In this document: piece by piece, positions 58,991-64,000 of the stretch
Position numbering within the stretch: position 1 is the first letter of the stretch
How the letters are laid out: each line of letters opens with the position of its first letter
NCBI GenBank assembly: GCA_050949045.1
Contig: JBMNEZ010000001.1
Span: 864,001 to 928,000, forward strand
DNA length: 64,000 bases
Source of the DNA: Candidatus Izemoplasmatales bacterium
Lineage (GTDB): Bacteria > Bacillota_I > Bacilli_A > Izemoplasmatales > Hujiaoplasmataceae
Direction: 5' to 3'
The notes under the pieces: model-generated
The model's input: only the letters and a program-made list of their open reading frames with translations
What the model was told of the DNA's origin: nothing
Database searches by the model: none
Position numbers and translations under genes: made by a program

Positions 58991-60280
58991 TCAAAGCCGC
59001 TCTTCTTCTCTATTATTGACTGGCTTTGTTTTAGCACTGTTGCTTTGTTTTTGCTTTTTTTCAGATTCGGCCTGTTCGAGGACTTGCTTCGCTTTCTCGA
59101 GTTGGCGTTTCTTTTCTTCTTCTGCTTGAAGCTTCTTTTTTTTCTCGGCTTCCTTTTGGATTTTTTCTTTCTGACGTTCGCGGGCTTTTTTCTCGGCTTC
59201 GATTTTCCTTAGTTTCTTAAGCTCGCCTTGAAGATTGCGAAGATTGAGGAGGGCGATCGCCTTGTTGGTCGAGAATTGGCGCATGTCGTCCCTCTTGATT
59301 TTTTCGATCTGACGGTATACTTCAAGAGCTTTTTTCTGGATTTGAATCTTATCCTCAAGGGTAGCCGCCTCTTCAGTGCTGTACGCGTGTTTAATGTAAT
59401 CCTCATAAACGGCGGTGTTTATCGCGTTGATCTGCTGGAAGACGATATCGATCGCCTGATTCATCGGCACGCCGGCTTCCCTAAGCGTCTTGAAGCGGGA
59501 GAGGTTGCTGCCGCGAATTTGGTCAAGGTAGTATTGATTGAGCTGGTTGTTTTCAAACTCGTAATATCCGGGTTGGATGTGCTGGTCGTTCGGATCGGTT
59601 TTTTTGATCCGCGGCCGCTTGATCTTGCGGTATTCAAAAGGAGAATCTTGGGAGATCAGGAAGTCGTCTTCCTGATAGTTGGCAATTGTCGCGTACAATA
59701 CCATTAATGTATTTACGATATCTTTGAGATAATCGTCTTTGAAGTCGATTACCCTTTCGAACACGTCGATGTCGTAGCCGATCTGATCGACCTGATCCAT
59801 CAACACCCAAAGGTAGTAACATTGTCTGAAATCCGGGTTTTTCATGATGATGTTGGTCTTCATGATCGGCGGTGTCACCGGAGCGTAATCGCGCATCTCT
59901 TGCATGAACGAGGACATTTTGATATTGGTGGCTGCCTTGCGCATATTCGTCATCCGGTCAAAGAGCTCCTGGTTCCTTTTGTCGACCTCATCGTTCGGCA
60001 CCGTCTTGTTGATCCGCATCGTGATGTCGTATTCGATCTCGGCCTCGTTCCATTCGACATCGGATTTGATGTTGAAATAGTTGACATACTCGGTGCGCAT
60101 CTTCTTGACGATCAGATCGTAACGCTTTTCGATGAAGATGTAAACCTTGTCGATGAGCGAGCGCAAAAACCGGTTCTCGTAGGTGCCGAGATCGGCTTCA
60201 TAGTAGAATGAAAGTACTTTTGAAGGCTTGACCATGCCGTCTTCATCAATCTCTTTAATCAGCTGCGTGTTCATCCGCAA
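58991..60280 (-). CDS. DUF2357-like protein with a charged coiled-coil tail, probably 5'-truncated
   Basis: TYENRFLRSLI and NPDFRQCYYLW motifs; no RBS; in-frame TGA at 60284-60286 just upstream. Confidence 0.6.
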   Translation of the reverse strand: MRMNTQLIKEIDEDGMVKPSKVLSFYYEADLGTYENRFLRSLIDKVYIFIEKRYDLIVKKMRTEYVNYFNIKSDVEWNEAEIEYDITMRINKTVPNDEVDKRNQELFDRMTNMRKAATNIKMSSFMQEMRDYAPVTPPIMKTNIIMKNPDFRQCYYLWVLMDQVDQIGYDIDVFERVIDFKDDYLKDIVNTLMVLYATIANYQEDDFLISQDSPFEYRKIKRPRIKKTDPNDQHIQPGYYEFENNQLNQYYLDQIRGSNLSRFKTLREAGVPMNQAIDIVFQQINAINTAVYEDYIKHAYSTEEAATLEDKIQIQKKALEVYRQIEKIKRDDMRQFSTNKAIALLNLRNLQGELKKLRKIEAEKKARERQKEKIQKEAEKKKKLQAEEEKKRQLEKAKQVLEQAESEKKQKQSNSAKTKPVNNREEERL

Positions 60281-60292
60281 ATATCATTTAAA

Positions 60293-60313
60293 GATATCGT
60301 TGCGAACGATATC
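60293..60313 (-). terminator. Hairpin (probable terminator) after the ketoacyl reductase
   Basis: Perfect GATATCGTT-CGC-AACGATATC followed by TTT. Confidence 0.55.
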
Positions 60314-60340
60314 AAAAACGGTTGAAAGTTTTTTTAACCA

Positions 60341-61060
60341 TTAAAGGCGCATTCCGCCATTGACGTTGATGGTTTGGCCGGTGATGTAGGAAGCGTCTTT
60401 TGAAGCCAGAAACAATGCGACCTTGGCGATTTCTTCCGGTTGTCCCAGGCGCTTCAACATCGTGAGCGAGGCAAACTTGTCCAACAAGTCTTGCGGAACG
60501 GTCTTTAGAATATCGGTCATAATATAGCCGGGAGCGATCGCGTTGACCCTGACGGGTACGCCCTTGCGGGCGAATTCCTTCGCCCAGGTCATCGTCAGAC
60601 CGATCAATCCGGCTTTCGAAGCCGCGTAGTTGGCCTGGCCGATGTTACCGTAGACTCCTACGACCGAGGAGATGTTGATGATGGAGCCGCCGCCTTGTTC
60701 TTCCATCTGGGGGCCGACGTAGCGGACGAGATTGAAGACGCCCTTGAGATTGACGTCAAGGACGAGGTCCCATTGCTCGTCGGTCATCTTTCTCGTCATC
60801 GAGTCACGGGTGATCCCGGCGTTGTTGACGAGGATATCGATATGCCCGTATTTTTCCATCACTTGATCATAAAGGCGCTTGCAACCTTCGATATCAGTCA
60901 CGTCAAGCTCATAGGGAAAAACGTTTTCCATCGCATAAGACATCTGCCCCGTGTCGGCGGCGATGACGATCGCGCCTTCTTTGGCAAATGTTTTGGCGAT
61001 CTCGGCGCCGATGCCTTTGGCACCGCCGGTGACGATCGCAATCTTGTCTTTCAGTTTCAT
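60341..61060 (-). CDS. fabG: 3-oxoacyl-ACP / acetoacetyl-CoA reductase (SDR)
   Basis: TGGAKGIG, NNAGITRD, YAASK, GNIGQANY. Confidence 0.85.
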   Translation of the reverse strand: MKLKDKIAIVTGGAKGIGAEIAKTFAKEGAIVIAADTGQMSYAMENVFPYELDVTDIEGCKRLYDQVMEKYGHIDILVNNAGITRDSMTRKMTDEQWDLVLDVNLKGVFNLVRYVGPQMEEQGGGSIINISSVVGVYGNIGQANYAASKAGLIGLTMTWAKEFARKGVPVRVNAIAPGYIMTDILKTVPQDLLDKFASLTMLKRLGQPEEIAKVALFLASKDASYITGQTINVNGGMRL

Positions 61061-61072
61061 AATCATTTCTCC

Positions 61073-62275
61073 TTATCGTTTCAAAATCAGGGCTGTTCCC
61101 ATCCCGCCGCCGATGCAGAGGCTGGCCAAGCCGAGACTCAGGTTCTGTTTGATCATCTCGTGGATCAAAGTGACGACGATCCGGTTTCCCGAAGCGCCGA
61201 CGGGATGGCCGAGGGCGATGGCGCCGCCACTGGGGTTCGTCTTGGCCAGAATGGCCTTTTTCGTCAATCCGTGCTCTTTAGACAGTTCTTTGACCACCCC
61301 CAGAGATTGGGCAGCGAAAGCCTCATTGAGTTCGATGATCTCGATGTCTGATAATTTCAGTCCGGCGTGCTTGAGAGCCTCCCTGATTGCCGGGACCGGT
61401 CCCAAACCCATGTAATTGGGATCGAGAGCGCCCTGGCCAACGCCGATAATCTCACAAAGGACCGGCAGTTGATGCTTCTTAACCATCTTCTCCGAGGCGA
61501 TGATCGTGAAACTGGCGCCGTCGTTGATCCCGGAGGCGTTGCCGGCGGTGACGGAGCCGTCTTTTTTGAATGCCGGGCGAAGTTTCGCCAACTTATCGGG
61601 CGAAGTCGTCCGATTGGGATATTCATCCCTGGCAAAAAGGAACGTTTCCTTGCGGGTTTGGATCTCGATCGGCACGATCTCTTGATCGAATCTGCCCGAG
61701 TCGACGGCTTTGATCGCCTTTTCTTGGGATTGATAGGCGAAGTCGTCCTGCTCTTCCCTGGTGATATTGTATTTTTCGGCGATGTTCTCAGCGGTGATGC
61801 CCATATGCATCTGCCCGAAGGCATCGGTCAAGGCATCATAGATCAGATGGTCGACCATGGTCTGGTCGCCCATTTTGATGCCCTCGCGGATCTTGGGATT
61901 AACAAGATAAGGTGCGCGCGTCATCGACTCGACGCCCCCGGCGACGATCAGTTCTGTCAATCCCGACCTGATGCCGGCAAAGGCATTGATGATCGCTTTC
62001 ATCCCGGACCCGCAAACCATGTTGAGCGAATAGGCGGGAACGCTGTCGGGAATTCCGGCCTTGATGGAGATCTGCCGGGCTATCCCCTGCCCGATTCCCG
62101 CCGGAAGGATGTTACCGACGATGACCTCGCTTATTTCCGCGACGGGCACTTTGGTCTCCTCAAGCAGCACCTTTAAGACTCGGGCTCCGAGATCGGCCGG
62201 ATGGACGTCTTTCAAAGAGCCCATAAAGGCGCCGATCGGACTGCGCTTCGCGCCGATAAGATATACTTTTTCCAT
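61073..62275 (-). CDS. atoB: Acetyl-CoA C-acetyltransferase (thiolase)
   Basis: NMVCGSG, NEAFA, GHPVGASG, CIGGGMG. Confidence 0.95.
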   Translation of the reverse strand: MEKVYLIGAKRSPIGAFMGSLKDVHPADLGARVLKVLLEETKVPVAEISEVIVGNILPAGIGQGIARQISIKAGIPDSVPAYSLNMVCGSGMKAIINAFAGIRSGLTELIVAGGVESMTRAPYLVNPKIREGIKMGDQTMVDHLIYDALTDAFGQMHMGITAENIAEKYNITREEQDDFAYQSQEKAIKAVDSGRFDQEIVPIEIQTRKETFLFARDEYPNRTTSPDKLAKLRPAFKKDGSVTAGNASGINDGASFTIIASEKMVKKHQLPVLCEIIGVGQGALDPNYMGLGPVPAIREALKHAGLKLSDIEIIELNEAFAAQSLGVVKELSKEHGLTKKAILAKTNPSGGAIALGHPVGASGNRIVVTLIHEMIKQNLSLGLASLCIGGGMGTALILKR

Positions 62276-62435
62276 CAAGAAACCCTCCTAATTGTCAGAT
62301 ACCACGATATCGAATGGTCCTCTTTCCGGCACCATTCGATCATTAAAAAACGAGATTGATGTGATAATGAAGATTATTCGGTTGCGGTGTTTCAAATAAC
62401 GAAAGAATAGTTCTACCTTCTGACAAGTTTTTTAG

Positions 62436-63956
62436 TTATGTGTAGAAGCGATCGAAAGTGTTCATTTCCCAAGGCGACTTGACCAATAGCTCACTGACCT
62501 CAGAAACGGATTTGGGAACACAGAAGTAATAGCCTTGCATGAACCTGACGTCGAGTTTCGCAATTTTTTTGATCATCTCTTCGTTTTCGATGCCTTCGAC
62601 GATGACGATCTTTTGTCTCTGCTTGGCCGCTTGGATCACGCGGATAATCTTTTCGGTCTCTTCAAATTCATTCATCAATTTGAGCGTGTTCTCGCGGGAG
62701 ATCTTGATGATGGAGGCCTTGATCTGATCCATCTCGTCGATCAACTCAAATTTGTCGCCGACATCATCGAATGCGATCCGAAATCCGTATTTGCGGAATT
62801 CCGCGAGATTGTTCATCGCCACACGGTTTCTGTTAATTGAATAGTAATCTCTGATCTCGAGGCATAGGCTTTCGGCGTTGAACTCATATTTCTTGACGAT
62901 TTCGAAGAATGATTTCGCGAGGTTTTCGACTTCCATCTGTTTTGGCGAGATGTTCATTGAAATGAAGATCTCGCGGGTCCGGTATTCTTTTTTCCATTCG
63001 ACGTATTGCTTGACAATCTTATCAAAGCCCCATGTCCCGAACCAAGTGATGTCTCCGGTCAAATCCATGACATTGAGAAATTTTCCGGGTGGCAGGATGC
63101 CCATCACCGGATGGTTCCACCGAAGCAGGGCCTCGAGACCGATGATCTTGCCGGTTTTGAGATCGACGATCGGCTGGTAATAAAGCAAAAACTCATCGTT
63201 GGTGATGGAACGCTTGATCTCCTGGTAATAGCTTATGTTGAATTGCTCTTTTTCAATCAGATCCTGGGAATAGAGATGGTAGCGGTTTTTACCTTCCTTC
63301 TTGGAGACGTAGAGGGCGATTTCGGCGTTCTTGATGAGTTGGGCGGCGGTAATCCCGTCATACGGAAACAAAACGACACCGATCGAGGTCGTCATTTGCT
63401 CGGTGATGGCCTTGAGCGGCTCGTTGACTAGTTGAAGCAGTTCGGTCGCCTTGTCGTGGATCAACTTGTTGTCGATCTCGCCGGTCATATAGTAGACAAA
63501 GATATCGCTTCTGAGATGGCCGACAACCTCTCCCGACTTGGCGAATCTTTTTAGGCGTTTGTTGATTTCGGCGATGACTTTGTCCATTTCCTTCTCAGAA
63601 TATTTCTCGACGATGAAATGGGAGTTGTCGAGATTCATATAGAACAAGACGCCGAGCGTGCCTTCCTTGGCTTGGTAGATCATATTGTTGATCAGACCGA
63701 GCAGATCGCCCGATTTTCTGCTAGACGTCCTTTTTTCAACCAAAAGATGAGAGGCTCCGCCACCCTCTCCGATTGGTTCGCTACTCTTGCGGATCAGTTT
63801 CCGGTCCTCGATGCCTTTTTTGATCTCTTTCGTAACGTTGCGAAAAAGGAAAAAGAGCGCAACGGCGGTCAAAATAACCATGATCGATGCGACGACAACC
63901 TCATATCCCGTTCTGGCGGGCTCGGCCGAGAGAATCAATAACCAATAATTAATCAA
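62436..63956 (-). CDS. Membrane-anchored GGDEF(degenerate)-EAL domain protein
   Basis: N-terminal TM helix; GGDEF replaced by RSDIF; YQPIV..EALLRW, DDVGDKF, VEGIE, QGYYF. ORF open to 63965; TTG 63956 fits RBS GAGGTG. Confidence 0.92.
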   Translation of the reverse strand: MINYWLLILSAEPARTGYEVVVASIMVILTAVALFFLFRNVTKEIKKGIEDRKLIRKSSEPIGEGGGASHLLVEKRTSSRKSGDLLGLINNMIYQAKEGTLGVLFYMNLDNSHFIVEKYSEKEMDKVIAEINKRLKRFAKSGEVVGHLRSDIFVYYMTGEIDNKLIHDKATELLQLVNEPLKAITEQMTTSIGVVLFPYDGITAAQLIKNAEIALYVSKKEGKNRYHLYSQDLIEKEQFNISYYQEIKRSITNDEFLLYYQPIVDLKTGKIIGLEALLRWNHPVMGILPPGKFLNVMDLTGDITWFGTWGFDKIVKQYVEWKKEYRTREIFISMNISPKQMEVENLAKSFFEIVKKYEFNAESLCLEIRDYYSINRNRVAMNNLAEFRKYGFRIAFDDVGDKFELIDEMDQIKASIIKISRENTLKLMNEFEETEKIIRVIQAAKQRQKIVIVEGIENEEMIKKIAKLDVRFMQGYYFCVPKSVSEVSELLVKSPWEMNTFDRFYT

Positions 63957-63967
63957 GCATTTCACCT

Positions 63968-64000
63968 CTATTCTTGGAAGTCGCTGCCGGCGAAGACATC
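63968..64000 (-). CDS. 3' end of an upstream gene (...DVFAGSDFQE*), function unknown
   Basis: Open frame ending in TAG at 63968, overlapping the RBS of the EAL gene. Confidence 0.45.
   Translation of the reverse strand, partial: DVFAGSDFQE

Noticed and set aside
58991..60280. DUF2357-like gene as part of an McrBC-type restriction system
   Set aside because: There is no McrB-like GTPase in the window and no PD-(D/E)XK nuclease motif in the C-terminus.
62292..62426. 8-bp inverted repeat TTGTCAGA/TCTGACAA flanking the thiolase leader, as a possible MITE
   Set aside because: The repeat is short, shows no target-site duplication and has no second copy in the window.
137..63941. Many 60-270 aa ORFs antisense to or overlapping the called genes (e.g. 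782-1462, 9745-10485, 14188-14994, 30799-31605, 54175-54969, 61367-62176)
   Set aside because: They are shadow ORFs of real genes, with no recognisable motifs. Codon bias on the coding strand explains the scarcity of antisense stops.
1..64000. CRISPR arrays, tRNA/rRNA genes, transposases, integrases, prophage genes
   Set aside because: No regularly spaced direct repeats or recognisable motifs were seen, and the intergenic gaps are short. tRNAscan-SE and Infernal would confirm.

Overview
This is a gene-dense, mostly minus-strand window of about 50% GC from a Bacilli-derived bacterium using genetic code 11 (RF2 is present and TGA is a stop). Gene content and order suggest an anaerobic Mollicutes relative such as Ca. 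Izemoplasmatales or an Acholeplasma-like lineage; that assignment is an inference. Housekeeping blocks: comFA-comFC-like-hpf-secA-prfB, T-box-leuS, pgpA-HD-GYP-like-metK-lemA-like, priA-fmt, rnj, uvrC, rimP-nusA-ylxR-ylxQ-infB-rbfA, thiI, msrC-rpsD, pgk-tpiA, PucR-like-msmX, darA, sufCDSUB and PFOR. The most unusual parts are: (1) a right-end cluster with a membrane degenerate-GGDEF/EAL protein, a thiolase/ketoacyl-reductase pair, a 5'-truncated DUF2357-like protein, two TasA/CalY-like SipW substrates and SipW, which is a candidate c-di-GMP-linked surface fibre or biofilm locus; (2) a catalytically degenerate membrane HD-GYP protein; (3) an 873-aa lipoprotein that looks like two fused PrsA foldase units; (4) ComK, ComFA and a reduced ComFC; (5) a frameshifted S41 peptidase lipoprotein; (6) apparent enrichment of the palindrome CGATCG. 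I saw no rRNA, tRNA, CRISPR array or transposase. All family calls come from motif recognition by eye, not from database searches.
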